Assembly: GCA_030141605.1 (NCBI GenBank)
Contig: JAQGDQ010000206.1
Location: 62,001 to 126,000 of the forward strand
From: Tubiluchus corallicola
Lineage: Eukaryota; Animalia; Priapulida
DNA length: 64,000 nt
Direction of reading: 5' to 3'
This document shows positions 1-12,830 of this stretch, in pieces (within the stretch, counting starts at the first letter, position 1; each line of letters starts with the position of its first letter). The position numbers were made by a program, and so were the translations under genes. The notes under the pieces are model-generated. The model was not told where the DNA came from, made no database searches, and saw only the letters and a list, made by a program, of their open reading frames with translations.

Positions 1-1559
1 TATCGTGGCATTTATTAATGTTATGTTATAGCGTGAAATGAATTCACGCTATACGTTGAATGCTGTACGCTATACGCTGAATTACTTGAACTTTGCACCC
101 ATCTATCCACTGATCAACCTCGCCATGGCTTAACTTCGCTTGTGAAACATGTATGATCATTCCCTCCCTAAATTTTGATTAACCTGTTAATTAATAATGT
201 TATAAATATCATTTTACACATTTTATGGTAAACCGATCTTTGTGTTAAACATTTTTGTGTCATTTTTCTTTAATTTTTGCTAATTAAGACTCTTCCTACT
301 TGACACTACATTTTTTTGTTTAAAGGACAAGTAAACGATTTTTGGCACACATTAGTTATTTGTTATGTTTAACCATGCTTTTATTATGATATTTTAGGAG
401 TTAAGACATTGTGCATGCAGCAGCTGGCTAGTTGCAGTTAAACTTCACCTTTCTATCAACTTCATGCCATCTAATAATTAATTAAAGGAAAAATCAACAC
501 TTGAACAACATTCATTGTATTTTGTGAATACATTCTTCTTTTAAATTTGTAATGATTTCTCAGTTTGACAGACAAGCAGTTGCAGTTGCTGGTCAGATTA
601 GGACAATAACCCATTAGATGCGTGTAGCGTAGTCATTTCTGTACTTTCCACTTGGTAGCACTAAGTATGCTGTCAGGTTTTGCATTTCAACCAGTACAAA
701 TTTATCGCAAGTAAACAAATTCAGTACTTGACTAAACCAGCAGGTAAATAAATGTGCACTATATGTGGGGATGGTGGCTGTAACTTCAACAGCGCACAGG
801 CCCAGCGTTTTAATCAGCTGCAACCAGCACAGGGCAGACCCACGTGCAGGGGTTACGTTCCTGTACAAGTTTCATAACACCTTAGTGCGTTTGAACGGCT
901 ATCAAATGTACATGCTTGGAATGACTTCAATACTTTTTGCAAAATCTTATGCAGAAAAAAATGCTCTGCAGTTTCTGTTAAACAGTTCTAAACATAAGTT
1001 AACACTTGGAAACTAGAAGGTTTTGAAATGAAAATTTTGTGAGTAATTAACAGGATGATATGAAAGTATGCAACTTTTCATATCATCCTGTCAATTACTC
1101 CACCAAAAAAAAATTAAGCATTTTATTTACAGTGCTAGAAAGGAAATTTAATTCTCTTTCAGAAAATATATAATTCTGTACTAGTATCTCACGCAATTAG
1201 GCCTTTATGGGCATTTTTGTAAGGGGACGTCAATACTACACAAATATTCGTCGCCGTGAAAGAGTTAATGTAAAAAACAACAAAAATTTCTTTACCACGA
1301 TTACGTCAGCATCGACGAGGGTGACGTGGAATAATGCCACGAGGTTGACAACAGTAAATATATACAGCACTGTAATGTGGCATGGCATTCTCTGATAGGG
1401 AAACATGTTTTCCCCGGCTAGTCACCTAGCTGCGCGTTACGTCCTGCAACGTGTCACATTTCACTGACTGAAAAATATTAAAATACGGATATATTAGGCC
1501 TAGATTTTAAGATACAAGATCTATGTGCTGATTGGTACTAATCAGCAGTAAGTAATAAT

Positions 1560-1916
1560 CAGGGATGAGCATTGAACATTCGAATCCGAATGAGTTTTTT
1601 TTTGTTCGAATTCGATTCAAACCTAAAATTCATTTGAATAATTCTGCATTTCAGCCACACATGTTCCTTATCATTAAAATGTTTGAAACATCGTGCAATT
1701 AACACAATTTAGCTGCAGTTTCTATGCAAAATTTTTAACAAACTAATAGTGGTTTTACTGCAGAACAAAATGAAGTAATATGCATGATCTTTGTAAGACC
1801 AGTTTTTACGACTGGTTCGAGAACGTGTTCGAAAATCTTTCAAACTCAATTCGAATTCGAAATACTGAAATTTCGTTCGATTCTAATTCGCTTTCCGGTA
1901 GAGAATGCCCATCCTG
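1560..1916. mobile_element. TTCGAA-rich hAT-like MITE family, copy 1 (other copies near 4957-5362, 6556-6918, 10610-10957, 26480-26881, 32460-32856, 34984-35424, 55608-55937)
   Basis: (C/T)AGGGATGAGCAT...ATGC(T/C)CA(T/C)CCT termini, TTCGAA/ATTCGA subterminal arrays and a shared ~200-bp core. This copy has a near-perfect 8-bp TSD gtaataat/gtaataac. Confidence 0.75.
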
Positions 1917-2418
1917 GTAATAACACACATAGCAAAAACACGATTTAAGTCAATTTAAGTCTCGATTTCAAAAAATGTTTGTACTAGAAACACTGTAGCT
2001 TACAAACTAATATAAACATGTGTTTCTTTTTATGTCTTACTGCATATATTTAGAAAAGTGTATAGATTGTGTCTAGTAGCACACATTTTGTTACAAATTC
2101 TGTGTAAACTGGGACATTTAAATTGTTTGTAGTGTGTAATTTCTAACACAGATTCTTTCAACATTTTTAATGCTTTCAGTCTACAATGCTTCTGTAACGT
2201 TATTTGCCTTTTTTGACTTTGTGCGCCACTTCGGAAATAACTCGTAGTTTATAATTGTTGGTTAAAGTGTTGTCACATAAAATAAAGAATTAATAATAAT
2301 AATAATAACACAACTTTTATAGAGTCAAAAAGAAGAAAAAGAAGAGCCAAAAACTGAAACTTCAAATAGGCCGTATAAACTTTGTATGAACAAGGACCAC
2401 ATTTTGCACGTTTTATTA

Positions 2419-3064
2419 CCGTATATACTTATGTACAAGTCAAATTTTTGGGAGGCGATTTTAAGGTGAAATTTTTGGGTTCGATTTGTACTAACGATAT
2501 GCTTTGGGGAGATGTAGCTAAAGAATCATCTACGATGCGAATATGTAAAGAAATAATCGTTCATTATACACTGGACTGAATAACACTCATACTGTGATAC
2601 TTCACATCAGAGAATGTGCGCATCTTGACATTACTTCACAAAATTAACAAATATTACTGTAACTTATTTTAATGCATGTAAAATTAAGTTAAAATTTATA
2701 TATTACCGGTAAATAAACTAGCGACGGAGCACTCGATCAGAACATGGAAATCGCCAATGTTGTGCAGGTGCTGCCGCCTGTCGACTTCCACGGGAAATTT
2801 TACACTGGCCTTGTATATGCGTGTTTTATTGGCAAAATACTGATTACCAGCATACACGTGTATATAAAAAACAACTACGCAGAGGTTATGATATTAGTAA
2901 AATTTTTTTCAAATGGGAAGGTGAAGAACCACAAGATTTAATTGGAAGATCTTAATATTTTATGTTCGACTTGTACACAGGTAATATATAAAATGATGCA
3001 ATTTTTGGTCTTAAAATGCACATCGACTTGTACATAAGGTCAACTTGTACACACGTATAGTACG
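2419..3064. mobile_element. Tc1/pogo (Tc2-like) MITE
   Basis: TA-CCGTATATACTTATGTACAAGTC ... CAACTTGTACACACGTATAGTACG-TA, with repeated GACTTGTACAC subterminal motifs. Confidence 0.55.
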
Positions 3065-6000
3065 TAATTAAAGCATACATTTATATGAATGTACAATGCA
3101 ACACCCTTCACATTTCCTTCAGAAGATTAAGCTTGCTTGACTAAATATTTTTATTCTTACAGCAATCTATTATATCGGGTGTTTCGAAAGTCACTAAATA
3201 GTTTTAAAAAAATATAAAAAATTAACACCGATTGCTATAAGGACAAATTTATTTTTGGTAGGTGAGTCTATGATTTACGAGCATTTTAATTGGCATCATT
3301 TTGATAAGTCTCTTCATTTAGGCCCTTCGTTTCCTGATAGCCTTAGGCCAGTGAAACTGTTAATACACCCCTGGGCAGAGAAACAGTAGAAAGGAATTTA
3401 TCAGAACCATTTTGCTGTCTTATAAATAGTGAGCAACTTTGAAACAATATATTGTTAACTAAAATACATCATGGTTACAATCTGAATTATTAGTTTTCCC
3501 AAATTATTTTACAAAAAATAATTTTCCAACTTGGTTTCTGAATCGAATCAGAATCAAAAATCGTTCCGGGTTCAAAACTTTCTAGTGGTATCGACATCGA
3601 TATCGGAATAATTATAAATTTTATATCATCCAATCACTACACAAATCTAGGGCCTCCGATATTCCACGATCACGGAAAACGGACGAAATTCACGGAAATG
3701 AACAAGTGAAATAGTGTACTAGAGATTGAATTTACTTCATTTGTTATTTTCCGACAAAATCTGCAGATTTTTCAGCCTTTCATTACCTTGCTAAAACTCT
3801 CCCACGTGTCTTATTTTTTTTAGGTGTTTTTACTCTGTTATTGCCAGGAGTGACGAGAAATACAAGAAATTCTTCAGTGTCAGCTTATAATGAATAGCAA
3901 TATGCTTGTGAAAAGGTTTCCCACATTCTCGGAAGGAAACAGCACCACGCCACATCTTTGAAATGTTGGTATGCTTATATATGTTATATAAAACAAACAT
4001 ATGCTTGGATAGACTACATACTTAATTCATACAAGAATTCATTTTTTTATTTACAATCTAGAATCACGTTCCATAATTCGATGGTGAATATTAGTTATAG
4101 GGCAACTTGTAGATTTTAATTTTTTTGCGAAGTGGAACTGAAACAGAATTGATGATTCTTTGTTTAAACGGAATTTGGTTTATTTCAAAATGGAAAGTCT
4201 GAGACCCTAAAAATTATAATTAATGCTATTTTAATCGTAATTCATGAGACAGCCACTGGTATTTATAAGAGCTCTAGCGCATGTTATTATTTCTGCCAGG
4301 TGTTGTGCATACTTTAAAATTTCACTTACGTTTAAAACTCTAAACAACCCTAAGTGCCAAGCTACCTGTCAGATTTTGGCCACCTCCCTAAAAGTGGCTG
4401 CCCAGGACGACCCATACACTCCACAAACACCAGTGATGAAAACAAAACAGTTTTGTAATAATGACGTCACAGATAATGACAGCCTCTTGAGGTTACAGAT
4501 TTGAACCAAAGTTAATTGCTGGTAATGCCCGAGATTGCCACGTAATTTACTAATTATCTAATTGAGGACGTATAAAAGATAACATTAGTATGTAACTGTT
4601 GTATACTAACGGACATTAAGCACCGCCCTTACGATTAAACAGATCACGAACTCGATCGAAACGTTTGGCCAGGACACGACAACAGCTTTTTAACGTGTAC
4701 CACATGCAAAAGATTAATGTTTACCTTTTTATATTATGAAAACTAAGATGCGTGCACGTATAAAAAACTACAAAAACTGTATATAATGAAAAAAGAATTC
4801 ATTAAAAAGGCATCACGAGACAGGAAAACACCTAACGCACAAACTGTACTGTAATGGCGTCAACATTAAAGTGACATATAAATATAGGGACGCACCAAGC
4901 GTTGAAGGTCACGTCCAACGAACGAACCCTCTGTCTTCGAGTTTCAGAGCACTAAAGGTGAGCACTCTCTCCCAGAAAGCGAATTCGAATCAAATTTGTG
5001 ACTATCGAATTCGAATCGAACCGAATATCAGTATTTCAAATCCGAATAGAATTCAGTATGGAAGATGTTTGAACAAGTTTTTGAACCAGTAGTAAAAAGT
5101 GGTCTTACAAAAATCATGCATAGTATTTGATTTTGTTCTGTAGTAAAACCCCTATTAGTTTATCAAAAATTTTGCCCAAAAACTGCAGCTAAATGGTACT
5201 AATTGCATGTTGTTTCAAACATTTTAACGATAAAAAACATATGTGACTGAAGTGCTGAATTATTAGAATCTATAATTTTAGATTCGAATCGAATTCGAAC
5301 CAAGAAACTCGTTCGAATCGAATATGAACGTTCGAATTCGATTCGAACGTTTGATCTCACCTCTACAAAGCACAATTTGGGTTACAATTTCTATACTATT
5401 GTTTAAATTGTATAATAATTATTGTGGAACAAAAACATATCAACTGACAACTACAGAAAACAAGGCATTTTTTGTAAATAGAAAACAATGTGTTGTACTT
5501 GGAACCTACAAAATTATTACGTAACGAATGGTAGCGAATTATTCAGGTTATTATAATTTATTTATTTATTTTATATCACGTTTATTTCAGGATACGCAGC
5601 CGTCATAGAGCAATCTCACTGTAACAGTGAGCTAGCTAGTAGCTATTACATAATTTCTGCAACAAAACATGTGAGCAATGTTGGCGATATTACAAGAACA
5701 ACTAATTTTGTTTTTTCAATGTTGGCTAGCCGCGATGTTATCGATTAATTTGTCATGGTTACATATATTATGCAAATACATGTATTTGTCAAGATACGCA
5801 GCTGTCAGGGAGCAATCTCACTGCGACGGTGACATAGCTAGTCCAGCTACTTTTTAAAAGGCGTTAAGCTTTGTTGGCGAAACAACCAGCTTTCTGACTT
5901 TATTCCAGGGTTTAATAACAAACATCGTCAATTTCGACTTTTAACCATAGCATGCTTTGCAGACTGCGTGTGTGTGCACATAAATCAAAATAACCGTTAC

Positions 6001-6100
6001 CTCTCCAAACGTACTGAAAGACAATGCCTGATGTGATAAAGAAGAACTTTATTACCTAGTCCCAGTCGAGTATACACTCGACATAAGCCTGGAAGCAAAT

Positions 6101-6212
6101 ATGCTGTGGTTGCGGCGAAAAACATTCACTTTCGTGAGCTTCCTTTTGATAGGCCTTACAATTATCACCTATAACATCATTGTACTAAGGCGAATGACAT
6201 TTCTCTCAACAA
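6101..6212 (+). CDS. Carbohydrate sulfotransferase (CHST-like), coding exon 1: cytoplasmic tail and type II signal anchor
   Basis: MLWLRRKTFTFVSFLLIGLTIITYNIIVLRR is a short basic tail plus a transmembrane helix. The exon ends in a strong phase-1 donor AA|GTAAGT at 6213. Confidence 0.75.
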
Positions 6213-7173
6213 GTAAGTTTTTGTTTACAGGTACTAAATGTATTTCTTGCATGTACTTGTTTAAAAAATGTGTTCATTTGCATAACGCTTGATCAGCTGA
6301 CTAGTTTTTTCCAGATTTTCGTTGAGCATTTCAATTTTAATAAACTATAATTTATATGTGGCTTACCAACATGGCTCAACCATAGGTTCAGAATTAAAGG
6401 TGTCATGTAGGAACCCATTTAAAACTTGGGTTGTTATAACAGTTATCAAAAGCGGAGCGGTTGCAGCCCAAGTTTAAATAATTAAAGATTTCAAGAACTT
6501 CTGTTATGGCTCTTTTCAACAACGAGCAGTGTTATAGGGACGGTTTAAGAGACTATGGGTGACCAGAATACGAATTCGAATAGAATCGAATTTATGACTT
6601 TCAGAACCGATTTTCAGTATTTCGAACTCGAATTGAGTTTGAAAGATTTTCGAGCAAGTTCTCGAACCACTCGTAAAAAGTGATCTTGCAAAGATCATGC
6701 ATAGTACTTGATTTTGTTCTGCAGCAAACCGCCATTAGTTAATTAAAAGTTTTGCACAGAAACTTGCAGCAAAATTGTGTTATTTGCTTGCTGTTTCAAA
6801 CATTCTAGTGAACATATATGGCTGAAGTGCTGAATTATTCGAATCTATAATTTTAGGTTCGAATCGAATTTGAACTAAAAAAACTCGTTCGAACTCGAAC
6901 GTTCGATGCTCGCCCCTAAAGACCACTACATCGGCGTGATTAGTTTACCCAGAGTTTTTAACTAAAACATAAACGGATTAATGTTTTGGGCCTTATATTT
7001 TGAGAGGCCCTCTCTTGACCAATTAAAGCCAGTTAATGTTATTAATTTTAGTAAACGGGTTAAGAAATTTATTCAAACTAAACTTGCCTTGCTAAAGGGG
7101 TTTCGGAGAGAAATTTTTAACTCTTTAGAAGGAGAACCAGAGATACAGAAAGATGCGGGTCTCTTTTACAGTC

Positions 7174-7569
7174 AGGGGCATATTAACCAATAGGCTAAAT
7201 AAGCTGTAACCTAGAGCGCCAAAGTTTGAAGCGCGTCACATTTTAGAAAAAATTCTTATTCTCCTCGGAAAATATGTTTTGTAACACACCACAAGCAATT
7301 ACTGAGCTAAGCTTTTATATAAATACCACACAACGAACAAGTGCAAAGCATTACACAACAAGCAGATGTCCAGCCTGCTTGAATAAAGCGCTACACAAAC
7401 ACATTGTAATTAATAATGACCACGTTAAAACTAGGTTAATAGTGTTTCTAACACACCACGAGTAATTAATTAATCTGCTCATTACATAAACAACCAAAAA
7501 ATCACGATAGAGATGGGCGCTGGACAGAACTACCAACCTAGGTCGCCATAATTTCTTGATACGCCACTG
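7174..7569. mobile_element. hAT-like MITE (inverted copy near 27685-28095)
   Basis: CAGGGGCATATTAA...TTGATACGCCACTG ends. A reverse-complement homologue lies at 27685-28095. Confidence 0.55.
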
Positions 7570-8026
7570 TACAGTCTTTCACTACTCGTAAAGTCTTGAT
7601 TACAGTGTGGAACTTCAGGCATTACGTTTATTGAAAGCCTTAAGCTCGTGAAACTCTTAATCCAGTCCTGACTAAAAAGAGGAAGGAATCACATCTGTTA
7701 CAGAAACCAGTATGGTCTACTAAAAAAAAAACTAGTTTTGTCTTCATTCTGCATACGATTTACCTACATGGATAATTATACCAGCCATGCAAACTATAGT
7801 TGGATAAGAGGGGTACTTATTTATCTTTATCTATTTAAACTGATTGAAACAAGAAAATAATCGCATGTAGAAAATAGATATGGACAGATTTCTCGATAAT
7901 GGTGAAACCTGATCTTAAGTACAGTTATGTAAACCATTGCAATAAACCTAGAAAACGTGCAAGAATACGAAGCATTTTTAATTTATGTTCCTAATCGCTT
8001 TTATAATGTTGTATTCATTTTTGCAG

Positions 8027-8116
8027 AGGCGTTTCTTCCAGACACTGGCAAGCCCAACAGGAAAAAGTTCAGTTTTACAGGAACATCATACAATTTAACA
8101 CTAGACGTGATGGCCA
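8027..8116 (+). CDS. CHST-like exon 2 (stem region)
   Basis: Acceptor tcatttttgcag|, 90 nt open in phase 1-1 (KAFLPDTGKPNRKKFSFTGTSYNLTLDVMA), donor A|gtgggt. Paralogous to exon 3. Confidence 0.65.
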
Positions 8117-8153
8117 GTGGGTATTAAACTTGGTGCTATAAAATTATATAAAT

Positions 8154-8604
8154 CAGGGCCGGAACTAGATGTGGCAAGCAGGGGGGGGGGGCGCAAAAAT
8201 TTTCTGCGAGGGCGAGGTATCCGAAGTGGTTAGATAATTGTTAAGCCAATTTTTAACCCCTTTTATACTGCATGCAGGCCTATAATTAGCGTGTGTGTAG
8301 GACGGCGTAGCGGACAGAGCAATAATGAGAAAATTAACTCGCAGTTAACCTAACGTTATTAATGTGCCTCTAACTAAATTGTTATTTACAGAAATTATTC
8401 ACACACAAGTTTTAAGAAAATAATACACTGAAGCTACCAAACATTTTTTTACCTAATTCTAATTCATATTGAAAATGATTACATGCGAACTGCAATTTTC
8501 ACTGCAAAAAAATTATTTGTCCGATTTTGCAGGGGGGCGCAAATTTTGACAGGGGGAGCTTAGACACTTAGACTTAGACTCGCTCCACCCTAGTTCCGCC
8601 CCTG
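8154..8604. mobile_element. hAT-type MITE
   Basis: TIRs CAGGGCCGGAACTAG / CTAGTTCCGCCCCTG; perfect 8-bp TSD ATATAAAT. Confidence 0.85.
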
Positions 8605-9546
8605 ATATAAATTGTAGTTCGATACCTCTGTTACCTACAAAACAAAAATACGTGCAAATTCATTAGTATTTGTTCTACCTGTGCACATGTTAGTTATCTG
8701 TTTGATCACTGATATCTTGTTAATGGTTTCATTTCGTTTTTGACAGTAGTGTAACTCCTGGTTGTATTCCTTATAAAACAATTAGGCTATAATTCTTTTA
8801 AGCACAAGAAAACCTTCCACTTACACGAAGCTTAAAAAGGTCGTATTAAAACTTAAAACTCGTACCACTTACGTACTGCCTTTTTGGCCATTTTGCATGC
8901 AGGGCTTGCGTCGCCAGCAATGCTGTATGAAACTTGTAAATTAAACTCCCGCGATGACCGTTAGGCTCAACCATTTTAATGGTAGGTCGTTCGATACAAA
9001 TTTAGATAACATTGCGTGAAGTTTGAAAAAATAATCAGAGCATTCGTAGCACGCATATTACTAACTAAGTAAAATTTTAAATTATTGTATCTTGTCAATA
9101 AGATTAAAAATACGTTTTTGGCTAGCGAGTGGCGCACCCTGGAGGGTGAGTCAACGACATTTTACCAATTGGCACAAACATTTCAAATTATTATTTATAG
9201 TTACATAAGACTTTCCAGCAGGTAAGCGAAATGCTCAGTAATACAGATGGAAAGTTTTTTGGGACATAATTTAACATTGCCCTGATTTGCATGTGCGTAA
9301 GTGACGTCATGTAATGGCGACATCGGAACAGTAGTGAAGGGAGATTTTAAATGAAATAAAACAAAAAATCCTTTTAACGCGTGTTCGACATATATAAAAA
9401 TTACTGCAAAGTAATATAATTTTTAAGGCAATTTTTTGTACATTTTGTTGTACGTATTATATCTACGTACGTAATTGTAATGGTAGTTTTTCTCTAATAA
9501 GCAATAAACAATAAGCTCACAATTTAATAAATGTTATTTTTTGTAG

Positions 9547-9630
9547 CATTTCATCCAGATGTTACTAATAAGAAAAGAATCAACTTCTCGGGAACGACAA
9601 AAAGCTTTTCCACACTAGCCGTGATTGCCA
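9547..9630 (+). CDS. CHST-like exon 3 (stem region, duplicate of exon 2)
   Basis: Acceptor ttattttttgtag|, 84 nt open in phase 1-1 (TFHPDVTNKKRINFSGTTKSFSTLAVIA). It has the same donor context as exon 2, GCCA|gtgggtattaaa. Confidence 0.65.
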
Positions 9631-9721
9631 GTGGGTATTAAATTTAATGTTCTGTGTTATTTAATTCAATTCTATTCAATTCTAGTTTTTATTTCGGTAA
9701 CAAAGACTATATATGTAATAT

Positions 9722-10234
9722 GATGATTATGTTCGTCCTTCGAGTCATTCCTTTGATGAGCTCGAAGGTGACTGACTAGGTCAATTCTGGCCTGGAAACT
9801 TCTTTGGCATTTGGCACAGGTGAGGCTGGGTGTTTGGACCTGTTGTAGGGCAGTGTCACATGCCTTGCGTCTCCTGCGCTTCTCCTCTGCTTCCTCAATT
9901 CTTTTCGCCTCTGCTGTCTTAGCCCCTGTGGTGATGGCACTCCGCCATGCTGAGCGATCTTGTGCAAGGGTTTCCATTGAGCAGATATCCATGCTGAGCT
10001 CCTTGAGTGAGGCTTTCAGGCTGTCTTTGAAGCGTTTCTTTGGTCGTCCAACCTTTCTCTTTCCAGACACAAGTTCTCCATAAAGCATCTTCTTTGGTAT
10101 GCGGTTGTCTGGCATGCCAGTCACATGTCCTACCCACCGAAATTGTGTTTTGAGGAGGAGTGTATGGATGCTGGGGAGGTCAGCTCTTTTAAGTAGCTCT
10201 GTGTCTGGCACCTTGTCCTGCCACTTGATGTGCA
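9722..10234 (-). mobile_element. 5'-truncated RTE-clade LINE (ORF C-terminus with terminal C2H2-like motif)
   Basis: KWQDKVPDTELL...RWVGHV..MPDNRIPKKMLYGEL..GKRKVGRPKKRFKD...DRSAWR...CAKC...SHLRAH. 14-bp TSD tatatatgtaatat at 9708-9721 and 10235-10248. Confidence 0.9.
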
Positions 10235-11096
10235 TATATATGTAATATATGTAGACTATATAAGGCTAATTATGTAATAATTCGTCCCATTTCACAAAAA
10301 ACAAGATTTGACAAGTCCATGTGAGTTAATAATAGCAATTATAACACTACTGCCAGTGTACAGTAGCAACCTATCTCGAACGATATAATATGATCCTCTG
10401 CGAATATGACTAAAATGTGGTAGAAAGAGGTTTACACACATGCTGGAAGCACTGCAATCGTACCTTAAGTGCGATAATATATAAAAATAATATGAGAATA
10501 TATATAAATAGTTCATATAAAAATAATAATTACGTATCTGTTCCAAATTTTTAAAAGATTTGATAGCGAGTTTTCACTTTTTTAGGTTTTGGGGTATTTA
10601 TTAGGTATCTAGGAATGGAATCGAATTTCTGGCTTTCGAACTCGAGTGAATGCAAATTTCGAGATTTTTAAAGCTAATCGAATTCAGTTTTAAACATTTT
10701 CGAATAAATTTTCGAACTACTGATAAAAATCAGTCTCACAAAGACCATGCATATTGTTTGATTTTGTTCTGTTGTAAAAACATTAATTATTTGTTTTAAA
10801 ATTGTGTAGAAAAATCACAACTAAATTCTTTCAAACAGTAAACAGCGTGGTGTTGCAAACGCCTTAGTGAGTAAGAATGCATGTAGTTGAAGTGCTGAGT
10901 TATTCGAATCTACAATTTTAAGTTCGAATCGAATTTTAGGTTCGATGTTCACCACTAGTATTCATACTTATTTATGAATATCTGCATTTATTCCTTGTTA
11001 TAAACGGCCATAATCTTTCTCTTCTTGAAGAAATCCACACAATCATATATTTGAGTGAACTAAAGTAAACATTTATTATTCATCAAGGATTTAAGT

Positions 11097-11451
11097 CAGT
11101 GGTTCCCAAACTTTCTCGGACCGTTACCCAAATCGGGAAACCCGGTCTTGTCCATTACCCCCCACCTAGTACTACTTCTCCAACTCAAAAAGTAAACACA
11201 CGTATATGCCACAAGCAAGCAAAATTATTTATGTTTGCTCGTGACATAAATAAATTTCCAGGTGTTGTTGTTGTATTGTTGCCAGTGTTACACAGTGTTG
11301 CCTGCCGGAGGCAGTCTCTTCAAGAAGAAAACTACGTAAAATGCATTCCGAGCGAAGTTTTAAAAATTTTCAGAGGGGTGCCCGTTACCCCCCCCCCCCC
11401 AAAACCATATTACCCCCGGGGGGTAATTTACCCCTAGTTTGGGAACCACTG
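11097..11451. mobile_element. hAT (Charlie-like) MITE
   Basis: TIRs CAGTGGTTCCCAAACT / AGTTTGGGAACCACTG; perfect 8-bp TSD ATTTAAGT. Confidence 0.9.
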
Positions 11452-12084
11452 ATTTAAGTCATATTTTTTACACTAGTTTGCCAGTTCCCGACAGCAAAAC
11501 CTCAGGATTTAGTAGCCTACATGATAATGACACAAATTTGAATTTCGTAATTTTATTAACTAAAGCAGTAAATTTTCTTACAGTTTTTGATAAGCTGCCA
11601 ACATGCAACTAGAACAATTTTCTTGGTAGAGAGGTAATCAGGGTTGGCAAGAAGAAGTTAGTTCAACTATAGCCGCATGGGATCAGACATTTTAGAAGAG
11701 GGCGCTCAGTTAGGCGGCGGACACTTGAACAGTGCATACTTTAAATAAACATTTAGATGGTGCCAATTGCGCAGTGAGTTGCGCAGTGACTTTAAACAGC
11801 ATGGGCAAGTTTACATGTTGGTAGGTTGGTAACCAGGTACTCAGTAGGTAGGCAGGAATGATTGGCAGTGTTCCCTGCAAAAATTATTGAGCAGGTTAAG
11901 GTAGGCCTATCCACTGCCAAAGTACACTGTGCAAGTATTGTCCAAATGCCCACGGCCAAAGTGTCCACAGACCAAGCGCCATTGTCCAAGTAGCCACTAC
12001 CCAAATGTCCGCTGTTGTACTGCCCATATATGTACCGCCCAAGTGACGTTGCTCAAGCGATAGAGAATTTCAGGATGGCAAAAG

Positions 12085-12737
12085 TGTTAATAGAAGCAAT
12101 GACTATGACAACAGCACCATGCAGATGCAGGCAGCAGCAGCAGCAGCAAAAGCAACAGTCGAAGCAATGACGATGACAACAGTATCCTGCAGATGCTGCA
12201 GCAACAGCAGCAGCCAAAGCAAAAGCAGCAGTAGAAGCAATGACGATGACAACAGCATCATGCAGATGCGGCAGCAGCAGCAGCAGCAAAAGCAGCAGTA
12301 GAAGCAATGACGATGACAACAGCATCATGCAGATGCAGCAGCAACAGCAGCAGCAAAAGCAAAAGCAGCAGTCGAAGCAATGACGATGACAACAGCATCA
12401 TGCAGATGCGGCAGCAGCAGCAACAAGAGCAGCATTCGAAGCAATGACTATGACAACAGTATCCTGCAGATGCAGCAGCAACAGCAGCAGCAGTAGCAAA
12501 AGCAGCAGTAGAAGCGATGACTATCACAACAGTATCCTGCAGATGCAGCAGCAACAGCAGCAGCAACAGCAGCAGCAGTAGCAAAAGCAGCAGTAAAAGC
12601 AATGACGATGATAACAGCATCATGCAGATGCAGCAGCAACAACAGCAGCAGTAGCAAAAGCAGCAGTAGAAGCAATGACGATGACAACAGCATCATGCAG
12701 ATGCAGCAGCAGCAGCAACAGCAAAAGCAGCAGCAAC
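12085..12737. repeat. CAG-rich compound minisatellite
   Basis: Roughly nine variable-length units of AGAAGCAATGACGATGACAACAGCATCATGCAGATG(CAG)nCAAAAGCAGCAGT. Confidence 0.9.
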
Positions 12738-12830
12738 ACCCACGGTAAGAATAACCCTAGCCACAACAGGAAGAATAGCAGTCATTGAATTGTAATGGTT
12801 CTAAATCTTTTAAAACTTCTTTTATTTTAG

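Noticed and set aside
1560-1916. TTCGAA arrays as heat-shock elements
   Set aside because: The spacing does not fit nGAAnnTTCn arrays; they are better explained as transposase-binding subterminal repeats.
12053-12696. Poly-Leu/Ala/Cys ORFs on the minus strand
   Set aside because: Antisense translations of the CAG-rich minisatellite.
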